A stretch of DNA of 64,000 bases from an uncultured Candidatus Saccharibacteria bacterium (GCA_964488565.1 CAZAUE010000001.1:42687-106686), one strand, 5' to 3'. Counted from the first letter of the stretch, positions 10,457 through 20,357 are shown. Notes: a model not told the origin generated them from the sequence alone. Program-made: numbers and translations.

Positions 10457-11095
10457 TTACTGGAGCTTCTCGTCTATTTTTTTCTTAAATGCATCAAAGC
10501 TTAGTCCCCCTTCAAATTTTTCTCCGTTAATGAAAAATGTCGGTGTTGAGTTAACACCAAGGGCTCGGGCATCGGAAAGATCTTTTTCAATAACATCCTT
10601 AAACTTATTCTGACTAACGGAATCCGCAAATGCCTTAACGTCTAATCCGAGCTCTTTAGCATAGCTGGCAAACATTTCTAATGCTTTTGGGTTTCCAGAC
10701 CACTCGTTCTGGTGCTCATAAAGCATGTTGCCCATTTCCCAAAATTTTCCTTGGGCTCCTGCGGCCTCAGCTGCCTGGGCAGAAATCATACCATTGGCAT
10801 GTTGAGGAAGGGGAAAATTTCTGGAAACAAAATTTACGTTTGGGTTTTCTTTGTAGATGTTTATAATCCTTTGAATAATAGGATTGGCATAAGCACATGC
10901 CGGACATTGATAGTCGGCAAACTCAACAATGTTTACCTTGGCCTCTTTGGTACCAGTCATATGACTTCCTTGACCAATTAGCAAATTGGAATCAGCAATT
11001 GGTTTGGATTCGTTGCTTGTATTGTAAATCAAGAGTGCAAACAAGGCGAAAAATACAATACCGATACTTGAAATAATTTTAGTTTCTTTGGACAT
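10457..11095 (-). CDS. DsbA/BdbD-like thiol-disulfide oxidoreductase (thioredoxin fold, membrane-anchored)
   Basis: N-terminal TM, then a CPAC active-site motif (YQCPACAY) in a thioredoxin-like context. Confidence 0.8.
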   Translation of the reverse strand: MSKETKIISSIGIVFFALFALLIYNTSNESKPIADSNLLIGQGSHMTGTKEAKVNIVEFADYQCPACAYANPIIQRIINIYKENPNVNFVSRNFPLPQHANGMISAQAAEAAGAQGKFWEMGNMLYEHQNEWSGNPKALEMFASYAKELGLDVKAFADSVSQNKFKDVIEKDLSDARALGVNSTPTFFINGEKFEGGLSFDAFKKKIDEKLQ

Positions 11096-11528
11096 GTTTT
11101 TTATGAATTAATAATGTTGCTGTAATTATAATAGAAGCAAAAAGTGCTAAGAGGGGTATATCAATAAAACCCAACAAGCTTATGTACCTTGTAACACATG
11201 ACACACCAAAAGTACAAGGCGTTAAACTTGCTGATATGACACTGTAATACAGTAAATTCTGATATAAAGCCATGGCACCACCTATGACACTCAGCGGTAA
11301 TGCGTAGTCATAAAAATGCCTGTCTTTTTTTATGATTCCCATGCCTATAATCAGTACCAACGGATATAAGACAATTCTTTGATACCAACAAAGAGAACAA
11401 GGAGCAAGGCCTAAAACTTCACTGAAATATAAACTACCAACCATTGAAAGTACGGCTGTAATCCAAGCAATGTATAAAATATTATCCTTAATAAATTTTA
11501 TCATAACGATTATGTTAATATTATACAC
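11079..11528 (-). CDS. DsbB/BdbC-like disulfide bond formation protein B
   Basis: 4-TM protein with the CSLCWYQRI motif (as in BdbC CxxCWYQR) and a second Cys pair (CTFGVSC). Immediately upstream of the DsbA-like gene, which it overlaps by 17 nt. Confidence 0.75.
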   Translation of the reverse strand: MYNINIIVMIKFIKDNILYIAWITAVLSMVGSLYFSEVLGLAPCSLCWYQRIVLYPLVLIIGMGIIKKDRHFYDYALPLSVIGGAMALYQNLLYYSVISASLTPCTFGVSCVTRYISLLGFIDIPLLALFASIIITATLLIHKKHVQRN

Positions 11529-11596
11529 TTTTTAAATATTTTTTCCACAAAACAAAAAGCATCTCTGTGTAGAAATGCTTTTTGTTTTAAGTGTCC

Positions 11597-11755
11597 TATT
11601 TGAATGGGTTTTTGCCTTGAATAACTCTCCACAGAACCATAATGACAGCCGCAACCAACAAAAGATGGATGAGCGCCCCAAGTACTGGAAAAATAATGAA
11701 TCCCAAAAACCATACTGCCACCAAAACAATTAGGATAGTCATGATCATATTCATA
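11597..11755 (-). CDS. Small (~52 aa) two-TM membrane protein (Lmo0937-like family)
   Basis: My own translation gives MNMIMTILIVLVAVWFLGFIIFPVLGALIHLLLVAAVIMVLWRVIQGKNPFK. It falls below the ORF-track size cutoff, and the coordinates are approximate (±3). Confidence 0.4.
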
Positions 11756-11778
11756 TGTTTACTATTTAAATAATTAAT

Positions 11779-12327
11779 TTATTTATTAAACCGTTTAACA
11801 AACCAGCCCAAGAAACTAAACTGACCTTCATGATCTTTAGCAAAAGTCTCAGTTTTTGTTAAGGTTGCCTTAAGTGCATCTATTTGCTTCTGAAGGTCGG
11901 CTTTAACATTAAGATCGGTAGTTCGTTCTATGGCCTTAGTGAGTCGGTCAATTACATTTTGGGTTTTAACAAGCTCACTTCTAAGAGCACCCAAATTTTT
12001 GTAATCTGTTCCTATGAATACTGTCCTGAATTTACCAACCGTATCTACCTTGTCCATTGCCTCTTCAATTTTCTTTGATGAATCTTCCTGTTCTTTGGCA
12101 ATTTTACTAACCTCCTGACCGATATTGCTATCTCGACCAGCAACCTTTTTTAATTCAAGAACAATTTTGGAAACTTCACTAACACGCTCCTTGCCCTGTC
12201 CCCTTGAGGCGCTATCTGCAAAAACAACAGAAGAAGCCAAGAAAACTAAGGCAAAAACGACCGCAAATACTGAGTATTTGCCATACTGACCATACTGACC
12301 ATACTGACCATATTGTGGTTTATTCAT
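11779..12327 (-). CDS. Secreted/membrane-anchored coiled-coil protein with an N-terminal QYG tandem repeat
   Basis: MNKPQYGQYGQYGQYGKY, then a hydrophobic anchor, then a heptad-rich body. The DNA has a (ccatactga)x3 tandem repeat at ~12281-12315. Confidence 0.5.
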   Translation of the reverse strand: MNKPQYGQYGQYGQYGKYSVFAVVFALVFLASSVVFADSASRGQGKERVSEVSKIVLELKKVAGRDSNIGQEVSKIAKEQEDSSKKIEEAMDKVDTVGKFRTVFIGTDYKNLGALRSELVKTQNVIDRLTKAIERTTDLNVKADLQKQIDALKATLTKTETFAKDHEGQFSFLGWFVKRFNK

Positions 12328-12382
12328 ATGTCCATTATACCCCTTTATTCACAAGATAGACAATCAGGTTTTATTAAATTAA

Positions 12383-12407
12383 ATCCCAAAAAATCCCACC
12401 TAAGGGT
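12383..12407 (-). terminator. Intrinsic terminator after the metallopeptidase gene
   Basis: Stem AAUCCCACC/GGUGGGAUU with a 4-nt loop, followed by a U-run on the minus strand. Confidence 0.5.
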
Positions 12408-12419
12408 GGGATTTACTTT

Positions 12420-14246
12420 TTAATCAACTTGCTTGTGTAGCCATTCTTTATATTTCTGGACCATATCTTCAAAACTTATGGAATTGTCGGCAACCAACTC
12501 CTTCCCATGAACCATCCTTATCTCAGCGTTGAGGTTCACTGGACCAGTTCGGCCTAAAACTAGTTTCAATCTTTCGGTTCTTTTTTTTGCTCTCGCAATA
12601 TAATCGTCAATATTCATAGTGACATCTTCAATAAATGCCTCCGGAGAAAGCTTCTTGCCAGTAGCTATCCTGACAAATTCAGGGAAAAGTTTTGAGGAAC
12701 CAAGCTTCCAGACATTAGCCATTTCATCACCCACGCTGGGATTGTCTACAACATACCCATACTTTTTGTAGAAATACTGTCTCCACTGACTAAGCGCTAA
12801 TATTGCTAAGCCATATGAGTGATAGTAGGCCGAACTTTCCCAATCATAGATGTGAGGAACGGAGAGAATCAACAAAGTATCCTCGCTATAATCTGTATAC
12901 TTCCGACTCACTTCTTTGGCTATTTCTATCACTTTTTCAGAAGTAAGGTCCGTTTCTTCATAAACCCTCTTTTCAAATTCAGACACCATCATAATGTGAT
13001 TAAGACCAAGTGGTGACAATATTCTAACTTGTCTGGCTTTCCTCTCAAACAATTCAAACGGATAAGAATCTCCGTCTTTATTTTTTAAGTATCTAATCTT
13101 CCACTCAATGCTTGAAAACATGGTGTCCAAAAATTGACTATGAGTTTCTGCCCATGCAATAGATGCGGGTGGCCATTCTGTGTTAAGGCATACATCTACC
13201 TGTTCACTTGCAAGACGATCAGCCGCGTGTCCTCCCTCATGAAACAAGGTTTCCATTCCCTGCGAACCTGCTCCAGGCTGACCATAAACAACATTACAAG
13301 TAAAATTAGCAGCACCAGGGTTACGTTTTCCGTCATTGAAATTTACGATACTTGGGTAATGACAAAAACCATTATTATACTTGCCTTGTCTGTCTAGTAA
13401 ATCAAGCTGAAGTTTTCCGCCCCTATAGTTAATTCCGAGAGACGCAAAGGACCTGCCCCAAAGCATTAATGCTTCATCGAAATTAAAATAGGGATCTTCT
13501 TCAAGAGTAAAACTACCACTCATCATGAAACCAAAATTCCATGGTTTTCTTAATCCGGGCTTAGTTGCCTCCAATTCTCTTAGGTCTTCAAGGGCGTATT
13601 TAGTTCTTTCGTAAATCTCTCCAAAGACGTCAAACACGTCATTCTTGGTCATTCCTTCACTTAAATAAAGCTTGTAGGCATAAAAATCGTCATAGCCTAA
13701 TGCCTTGGCAAATTGATTGCGCATATTCACCAACTCAACATATTCCTGAACAGCATCAAGAGACATGTTTTCCAAAGCACCAAAGCACGCCTTTCTTACG
13801 TCCTCATCAGAATTAGTTCTCATTATCATCCTCATTTTTCCCTTTGAAGCGGGAATAAATTCACCAGTCTTGGGATCTTTATAGCCCTCAACTCTTGTGG
13901 CAAATTTCTTGGCAACCTCTCCCTCAAGAGTTGCAATTTTGTCCCTCAATGAAGTTAATCCCGGTGGTGTTTGATACATCTGAAAGAAGTTTTGCCAAAC
14001 TTTTAATCGTTCGCGCTCCTGAATAGTAAGACTGGAAGTGGTTAAAACCTCTTTTACGAGGTTCAGATTCCCCGCGTCAGATCTAAAAAGATCTCTCGCC
14101 TTTTCCGCTTCGTTCATTGCTTCTTCTACTGAATGGTCGCCCATCTTGAAAGTCCAAAACAACTCTTCAAATTTTTGATGGAGTTCGGTGTAAGTTGAAT
14201 TTAAGTTTTGTAGTAGACCTTGAGGATTAGAAGACATGGAACACAC
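12420..14246 (-). CDS. Zinc metallopeptidase, probably M3 (oligoendopeptidase F-like) family
   Basis: 608 aa with the HExxH zinc motif (LFHEGGHAAD). Its size and all-alpha composition fit M3/M32; the family assignment is not certain. Confidence 0.5.
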   Translation of the reverse strand: MCSMSSNPQGLLQNLNSTYTELHQKFEELFWTFKMGDHSVEEAMNEAEKARDLFRSDAGNLNLVKEVLTTSSLTIQERERLKVWQNFFQMYQTPPGLTSLRDKIATLEGEVAKKFATRVEGYKDPKTGEFIPASKGKMRMIMRTNSDEDVRKACFGALENMSLDAVQEYVELVNMRNQFAKALGYDDFYAYKLYLSEGMTKNDVFDVFGEIYERTKYALEDLRELEATKPGLRKPWNFGFMMSGSFTLEEDPYFNFDEALMLWGRSFASLGINYRGGKLQLDLLDRQGKYNNGFCHYPSIVNFNDGKRNPGAANFTCNVVYGQPGAGSQGMETLFHEGGHAADRLASEQVDVCLNTEWPPASIAWAETHSQFLDTMFSSIEWKIRYLKNKDGDSYPFELFERKARQVRILSPLGLNHIMMVSEFEKRVYEETDLTSEKVIEIAKEVSRKYTDYSEDTLLILSVPHIYDWESSAYYHSYGLAILALSQWRQYFYKKYGYVVDNPSVGDEMANVWKLGSSKLFPEFVRIATGKKLSPEAFIEDVTMNIDDYIARAKKRTERLKLVLGRTGPVNLNAEIRMVHGKELVADNSISFEDMVQKYKEWLHKQVD

Positions 14247-14361
14247 TTCTTTTCTTATTAAAATACTGAAAAATATTATATATCATTACACCAAATCCAC
14301 AAGCCAGCAGCGTACTCAAGAGTTCTTAATCCAATCTTTCTGTTGATTGTGAAAGGCTAAA

Positions 14362-14385
14362 ACAAGGCAGGCCTCTCGGCCTGTT
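14362..14385. terminator. Bidirectional intrinsic terminator
   Basis: Stem CAGGCC-GAGA-GGCCUG flanked by an A-run upstream and a U-run downstream (AAAACAAGGCAGGCCUCUCGGCCUGUUUUGUUUU). Confidence 0.5.
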
Positions 14386-14425
14386 TTGTTTTAGCTAAAC
14401 ATTAACCAAATTCGTCTTTTAAAAC

Positions 14426-14710
14426 TTAATCCTTAAGAAATCCCTCCAAAAATGCCACGATAGAATATTCACCATCAAAATCACCCTCGATCATTTCATG
14501 GCCCTCACGAGGAGTACTGCCTTTAAGTTGATGATAGCATCGATATTGCTGATAGTCGGGATTATTTTCCTTTATTTTTTCTGCAAAGGGAACCATTTCC
14601 TCATGAAAATCTAACACATCCATGCGTTCTTTTATTTCTCTCAGCAAGCGAGTTATTTTGTCTTGTGTTGATTCTGGAGAAGGAGGACTTTGTTGTAATT
14701 TTTCATTCAT
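14426..14710 (-). CDS. Hypothetical protein (94 aa)
   Basis: A clean ORF in its own slot with a terminator downstream. No recognisable motif. Confidence 0.35.
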   Translation of the reverse strand: MNEKLQQSPPSPESTQDKITRLLREIKERMDVLDFHEEMVPFAEKIKENNPDYQQYRCYHQLKGSTPREGHEMIEGDFDGEYSIVAFLEGFLKD

Positions 14711-14736
14711 GTTTTTCTTCTTACTTAAAAATCTAT

Positions 14737-15750
14737 CTACAAATATAATATCATATTTAACAACATGGCACTACCAAGTGGAACTAAGATGTTGTCGTCT
14801 AGTATGAAAGAAAAATGATCTAATATTGCCACAAATAGTGCTCCCATGAGCAAGGTGTTAAGTGGCAAAACGAGTGATGTCAGAGATTGAATGAACAAGC
14901 CAGCCACCAGGGAAATGGTAAAAATAACAATGGCTCCGGCAATGGTTTTGTGCCCAAGAATGGGTTGTTGTGGCAAGAAACTAATCATTTTACTGAACGG
15001 GGCAAAAGTATCGCTCAATATAAAAAACGTTAAACTTATTACGGCAATTTCTTTGGGAAATAAACTAATTACCACAAGCGCACTAAACAAGAAGATACTA
15101 TATCCCGACAATCGCCTTTCCTCTTTTGTCCGCGCAAATGTTTTTAATTCTAAGTATTTTTTATTAAGAGTTGGAATTGTTAATCTGACCACATCAACCA
15201 AAACAGCGACCCCAAGAAAAATAACTACCACCTTGGTGACGATAGTGGTTGAAATTACAATTAGACCCAAAGGGAATATCAAGGCGCCAAGTTTTAACAA
15301 ATGCCTCATTGGCAATATCATTTTAACGGTAGCGACCTTAATAGAATAAACAATAAACCCAATAACCAATAATAATGCGTAAATTGATTGCGTAAAGAAA
15401 AGAGTGACAAAACATAGTCCCGCCAATGAAGCCACGCCCTTTCCTCCTCTGAATCCAATATAAGACGGTGCAATATGCCCAACCACTCCAGCCAATCCAA
15501 CAAGAATAGCCATGTCTGGGCTAAGCCAACTTAGGCTTAAATAATAAACAACGGGTGTTTTTAAAAAATCAAAAATTCCGGCAAAAATTCCATAGACTGG
15601 TCCGATAACAAAATACGTATTAGTGGCTCCGGTGTTGTGGTTTCCGTAATTCCTAATATCAATTCCCTTGACCACACTGCCAAAAAAATAACCCGGCGAT
15701 AGTGAGCCGACTAGATATCCTAAAATAATAAGAGAATAAAATGTTAACAC
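14737..15750 (-). CDS. plsY: Glycerol-3-phosphate acyltransferase PlsY with a ~140-aa C-terminal membrane extension (possible CTP-transferase-1/CdsA-like remnant)
   Basis: PlsY motifs GNHNTGATN and HIAPSYIGFRGGKGVA lie in the first ~190 aa. An extra 4-5 TM C-terminal segment carries SDTFAP...GHKTIAG. Confidence 0.7.
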   Translation of the reverse strand: MLTFYSLIILGYLVGSLSPGYFFGSVVKGIDIRNYGNHNTGATNTYFVIGPVYGIFAGIFDFLKTPVVYYLSLSWLSPDMAILVGLAGVVGHIAPSYIGFRGGKGVASLAGLCFVTLFFTQSIYALLLVIGFIVYSIKVATVKMILPMRHLLKLGALIFPLGLIVISTTIVTKVVVIFLGVAVLVDVVRLTIPTLNKKYLELKTFARTKEERRLSGYSIFLFSALVVISLFPKEIAVISLTFFILSDTFAPFSKMISFLPQQPILGHKTIAGAIVIFTISLVAGLFIQSLTSLVLPLNTLLMGALFVAILDHFSFILDDNILVPLGSAMLLNMILYL

Positions 15751-15802
15751 GATATGTTCTTATTCTAATTTTTACTACAAATTAACGCAAGCAAAATGCC
15801 AA

Positions 15803-15826
15803 CATTTAAAAACCCCCTTTCTCGGG
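15803..15826 (-). terminator. Intrinsic terminator after the DEAD-box helicase
   Basis: AAACCCCC-UUUCUC-GGGGGUUU hairpin with a flanking U-run. Confidence 0.45.
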
Positions 15827-15836
15827 GGTTTTTAAA

Positions 15837-17078
15837 TTAGTCTAGGAAGGTGAGAGCTTTGCCTCGCTTATCAGCTCGGCCGGTTCGGCCTATGCGATGG
15901 ACGTAATCGTCATATGTTGCAGGTAAGTCAAAATTTATTACATGACTAACATCAGCGATATCAAGACCTCGAGCAGCGACATCGGTTGCGACTAGAATCT
16001 GAATGAGACTAGACTTAAACAAACTAAGCGCTTTTTGGCGTTGAGATTGATTTTTGTTGCCATGAATAGACTCGGCCTTAAATCCTCGTCTGGAAAGAGT
16101 CTGTGAAAGACGTTCTACGCCATGTTTAGTTCTTCCAAATATAAGCACCTTGCTGAAATCTGAGTGAGCCAATAATTCATGAAGAATTTCTACTTTATCT
16201 TTTCCATCTGCACGAATAACATCCTGCTCCACATTTTTTGAAGTGTCTCTTGTTTTTACTGAAATTCTAATAGGCTGACGTAAAAATTCAGCAATAAGTC
16301 TATCAATATCGCGTGAAAGAGTAGCCAAAAAGAATAGTTTTTGTCTTTTTTTTGGCATTCCCGCCATTACAAAACGCATGTCATTGATGAATCCCATATC
16401 AAGCATTCTGTCTGCTTCATCCAAAACAATGGTTTTGAAATCAGAGAGACGAATAAATCTGCGCTCAATAAGATCTTTCAATCGTCCTGGAGTACCGATT
16501 ATAAAGTTATAATTACTTCTTAAATGTGAAATCTGGCGACCAATACTGGCCCCTCCCACGCAGCAAACTGAAAAGATTCTCATTCCTTTTGTAAAACCCT
16601 GCAGTTCATCTTCTATCTGCAACGCAAGTTCTCTGGTAGGAACCACGACTAAAACCATTTCTCTGCGATTTAAAACAACTTTGTTTATTAACGGTATTAA
16701 GAATGCCGCTGTTTTTCCTGTACCAGTATTGGCAATTCCAACGACATCAGAACCGCTCAAAATGTGAGTGATAGCTCTATCCTGAATAGGAGTTGGGGTA
16801 ATATAACCCTTTGAAGCAATGGCTTTCTTTACGGTTAAATCAACATTAAAATCCTGAAAATTATGCTCAGGAACGAAATGCTCAATTTCTTCGGTAATTA
16901 CCGCTTTGTTTATGAATAGTGCTGGATTTATATAGTCTCCAGTATTCTTTTTGCGACCACCAAAACCGGAAGAGTTTCCCCCTCTTTTAAATGTTGGCCT
17001 GCCAGAAGATGTTGTTTTAAATCTTCTATTACTAAAATTTCTTGTAGACATACTTGTTTTTAACATTGGAAAACCCAA
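15837..17078 (-). CDS. DEAD-box ATP-dependent RNA helicase
   Basis: Motif Ia PTRELA, motif II IVLDEADRMLDMGF (DEAD), motif III LATLS-type region, VATDVAARGLDI, and HRIGRTGRA. Confidence 0.9.
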   Translation of the reverse strand: MGFPMLKTSMSTRNFSNRRFKTTSSGRPTFKRGGNSSGFGGRKKNTGDYINPALFINKAVITEEIEHFVPEHNFQDFNVDLTVKKAIASKGYITPTPIQDRAITHILSGSDVVGIANTGTGKTAAFLIPLINKVVLNRREMVLVVVPTRELALQIEDELQGFTKGMRIFSVCCVGGASIGRQISHLRSNYNFIIGTPGRLKDLIERRFIRLSDFKTIVLDEADRMLDMGFINDMRFVMAGMPKKRQKLFFLATLSRDIDRLIAEFLRQPIRISVKTRDTSKNVEQDVIRADGKDKVEILHELLAHSDFSKVLIFGRTKHGVERLSQTLSRRGFKAESIHGNKNQSQRQKALSLFKSSLIQILVATDVAARGLDIADVSHVINFDLPATYDDYVHRIGRTGRADKRGKALTFLD

Positions 17079-17233
17079 CTACGGTCAAAATTAAAATACG
17101 GACCGTATTGTCTCATGAGTTTCCAGATAAAGTTTTGAGGACTTTGCCGTAGGGTACAAATACCCTATAAAACCCGAAGAGATTTAGTTATATATAGAGT
17201 ATATATCAAAACCCCCTTTTTGTCAACTAGAAC

Positions 17234-17716
17234 CTACTCTGTGGTCTGACCGTCAAAGTGTTCCGTCATACGGCGACTGCTCCTTTCGCTTTGCTCAAGG
17301 GTTGCTTCACTGGCTTCTGCCTCTGCTTTGGTGACGTGGATAGTGCCGTCTTTATGATTGGGTGGAGAATAGACGGTATAGAGTTTCATCTCTTCTGTTT
17401 CAGAAGTATTGATGATATTGTGCTTAGTCCCAGCTGGAACTACAACACAAAAACCATCAGATAGTTCGTACTCAACGTCATTCAAAACAGTTTTACCTTG
17501 TCCTTTCTCTACTCTTATAAATTGATCTAATTGATGAATCTCCTCACCTATTTCTTCTTTGGGCAACAAAGACATCACCACCAACTGACTGTTCTTGGTG
17601 GTATACAAAACTTTTCTAAAGTTTTTATTGTCCAATGAATCCTTTTCAATATTTGTTACAAATCCCATATTTTTGTTGTCACATTTAAAAATCCGACAAA
17701 TTAACTGGCCAACCAA
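17234..17716 (-). CDS. Cupin-domain protein (true start probably MGFVTN..., ~17668)
   Basis: Cupin beta-barrel motif VVVPAGTKHNIINTSETEEMKLYTVYSPPNH. The last ~35 codons are markedly GC-richer than the rest of the gene. Confidence 0.6.
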   Translation of the reverse strand: MVGQLICRIFKCDNKNMGFVTNIEKDSLDNKNFRKVLYTTKNSQLVVMSLLPKEEIGEEIHQLDQFIRVEKGQGKTVLNDVEYELSDGFCVVVPAGTKHNIINTSETEEMKLYTVYSPPNHKDGTIHVTKAEAEASEATLEQSERSSRRMTEHFDGQTTE

Positions 17717-18468
17717 CCGCCGTCTACATAGAAAGTGGCACCGGTTACATAACTCGCTTCTTCTGATGCCAAAAATACAACCATTGCAGAAACCTCTTCG
17801 GGTTTTCCAATCCTCTTAAGTGGAATACTTTTTGATAACAACTCACTATCTTCTTTTGGTAATTCTTTTCCTGGCTCGCGAACCATTGGAGTATCAATCA
17901 TGCCTGGTCCGATAGCGTTTACATTTATACCATAGTCAGCCAACTCAATCGCTAACGCCTCAGTCATTCCTATTATTCCCCCTTTTGAAGCGACGTAGTG
18001 CGTACTGCCAGGAAACCCTATTCCGGTACCGCCAGATGCTATTGAGGCAATATTAATAATTCTTCCCCATTTGTTTTTTAACATTTCTTTAGCTGCACGT
18101 TGAGCACAAAGAAACTGACCCTTAAGATTCACATCGATTGTTTGTGTCCACTCCTCTTCAGTCATTTCCAACACTGGCTTTGGAACAAATATCCCCGCAT
18201 TGTTTACAAGAATATCCAGTCGGCCATATTTTTTAATAACCTCATCAAAAACTTGGTCAACCTCAACCTTACTGGTAACATCCATTCCAAAACACACTGC
18301 CTCGCCTCCTTTTGAAGTTATCTCATCAACAACAGCCTGACATCCTTCAATTGTTCTGTTAGTAACCACGACCTTTGCCCCCTGTCCTGCTAATGCTAAC
18401 GCGTGAGCCTTGCCCATTCCTTGACGTGCACCTGTAACCAAAGCGACTTTGCCATTGAGTTCAAACAT
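17701..18468 (-). CDS. SDR-family oxidoreductase (FabG-like)
   Basis: TGARQGMGKAHA Rossmann motif, NNAG, and the catalytic YVASK. 255 aa. Confidence 0.85.
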   Translation of the reverse strand: MFELNGKVALVTGARQGMGKAHALALAGQGAKVVVTNRTIEGCQAVVDEITSKGGEAVCFGMDVTSKVEVDQVFDEVIKKYGRLDILVNNAGIFVPKPVLEMTEEEWTQTIDVNLKGQFLCAQRAAKEMLKNKWGRIINIASIASGGTGIGFPGSTHYVASKGGIIGMTEALAIELADYGINVNAIGPGMIDTPMVREPGKELPKEDSELLSKSIPLKRIGKPEEVSAMVVFLASEEASYVTGATFYVDGGWLAS

Positions 18469-18500
18469 AATTTTAATAAATTAACTAATTATTATTTTAA

Positions 18501-20357
18501 TTATATACCCTTTTTCTTGTCTCTGAAAAGACGAGCGGAATTAATCAATGGCAGGAAATCTGAAGCAAAATTATAAAACGCAGCCAACGCCGGACCAATA
18601 AATCCCATAAAGACCAAAGCAAATCCTATGACATTGGATAAGACCCAAATTATCATATCTCCACGAATCACTGACATTGTTTTTCTGCCCAACAAAATCG
18701 TCTCTGGCAACAAATCAAGTTTGTCTGTGAGAATAATCACATCAGCAGCCTCAATCGTCACTGCCGCGCCAGCTCCTCCCATACCTATTCCAACATCGGC
18801 TCTTGCAAGAGATGGGGCATCATTGATTCCATCTCCAACCATGGCAACAATTTTATTTTGACCAAGTAATTTTTCCAATTCTTTCTCCTTTGTTTCTGGT
18901 TTCATTTCAGACACTACTTCTGAAATTCCCATTTCTTGGCCAACATTGTTAGCAATATTTTTCGCATCTCCAGTAAACATTGATATCCGATTTATTCCGA
19001 TTTCTTTAAGTTTAGCAATGCTTTCTTTTGCCTCAATCCTTGGCATGTCTCGCACTAAAATATAACCCATAACCACTGTCCCATTAATTACAACGTTAGC
19101 AGGCATGACTTCTTGTTTGGTCAAATTATCCATTTCTTCTTTGATAATTTCCGGATTGGCTACTTTGCTTTTCAAAAGAATATCCGAATTACCAATAAAA
19201 ATATCTTGGGATTGATATGTGGCTGAAACACCCATGCCCTGAATAGAAGAAAACGAATCGGGGTCAGGAATGTGTCCAATGCGAATAATCGCTTCTTTGA
19301 AAATCGCCCGTCCAGCTGGATGGTCTGATAATTTTTCTGCGATACCAGCCAAGTTCCAAAACTCCTTTTCCGGAATATTATTTTTAATAACAACCTTTCC
19401 AATACGCAAATCCCCATAAGTAAGAGTGCCCGTTTTATCAAGAACAACAGTGTCTACTTTAGAAAGCACATCCAACCATTCACCGCCCTTTATGATTACC
19501 CCTCTTTTAGCAGCCCTTCCAATAGCCGCTGTCATAGCTAGTGGTATTGCCACCGCCATATCATCAGCGCACGCGACCAAAAACAATGAGGCAGTGAGTA
19601 TAATGTTACGAGTAACAAAATAAGTAACGATTCCCAAAACAAGAATAATGGGCAGAAAAATTTTAGCAAATTTATCTGCCGTCTTTTCAGAACGAGATTT
19701 ATGTTTTGTTGCTTCTTGAATAAGAGAGGCGATACGCTCAATCGTAGAGTCCTTGCCCACCCTCGTGGCTCTTATCTTTATAGTTCCTGTTAAATTTAAA
19801 GTTGAACCCAAAACATCATCTCCCACACCTTTTTTAACTGGTAAAGATTCGCCAGTAACAAGTGATTCGTTTATTGTCGCCTCACCAAAAATAATAATTC
19901 CGTCTGTGGGAATTTGTAATCCTTCCCTAACAATCAAAACATCACCCGCCCTTATATCTTCCACTCGAACCTCTTCCGTGTTTTCTCCAATTTCTCTGAA
20001 CGCTTTAATTGGTTTAAGACGCATTAACTCCTCTACTGCCCGATTTTTTCTGGAAACAAGTTGCCAATCAAGAACATAAGCAAAAAGAAGCATTAGAATT
20101 ATAAACGCGGAAGAACGAATTTCGCCGGCAGCAAAAGAAACAACTAAAGCAAATGCATTAAATGTGTTTATGGTAATTCTCCCTTTCAGTAAAGGGTAGA
20201 TACCATTAGCTATTGGTATGAGTGCTCCAATGGCGGCAACACTAAGCAATAAATCATGAAAACCCCAAAAATAATCCAGCACCAATCCAAACAAAACAAA
20301 CCCTGCTAAAACATATTCTCTGATGGGGGCCTGAAATATTTTTTTAAACGCAATCAC
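18501..20357 (-). CDS. P-type cation ATPase (P1B-like topology, no N-terminal metal-binding domain, atypical TM6 motif)
   Basis: DKTGTLT, TGDAKN, and GDGINDAPSL. The TM6 region reads VACADDMAVAIP rather than CPC/SPC. Confidence 0.7.
   Translation of the reverse strand: MIAFKKIFQAPIREYVLAGFVLFGLVLDYFWGFHDLLLSVAAIGALIPIANGIYPLLKGRITINTFNAFALVVSFAAGEIRSSAFIILMLLFAYVLDWQLVSRKNRAVEELMRLKPIKAFREIGENTEEVRVEDIRAGDVLIVREGLQIPTDGIIIFGEATINESLVTGESLPVKKGVGDDVLGSTLNLTGTIKIRATRVGKDSTIERIASLIQEATKHKSRSEKTADKFAKIFLPIILVLGIVTYFVTRNIILTASLFLVACADDMAVAIPLAMTAAIGRAAKRGVIIKGGEWLDVLSKVDTVVLDKTGTLTYGDLRIGKVVIKNNIPEKEFWNLAGIAEKLSDHPAGRAIFKEAIIRIGHIPDPDSFSSIQGMGVSATYQSQDIFIGNSDILLKSKVANPEIIKEEMDNLTKQEVMPANVVINGTVVMGYILVRDMPRIEAKESIAKLKEIGINRISMFTGDAKNIANNVGQEMGISEVVSEMKPETKEKELEKLLGQNKIVAMVGDGINDAPSLARADVGIGMGGAGAAVTIEAADVIILTDKLDLLPETILLGRKTMSVIRGDMIIWVLSNVIGFALVFMGFIGPALAAFYNFASDFLPLINSARLFRDKKKGI

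Noticed and set aside
11510-11729. Two 65-67-aa minus-strand ORFs overlapping each other and the DsbB-like gene start
   Set aside because: They are out of frame with the small Lmo0937-like membrane ORF, which has a clean TM-TM architecture. The translations are Cys/Phe-rich nonsense.
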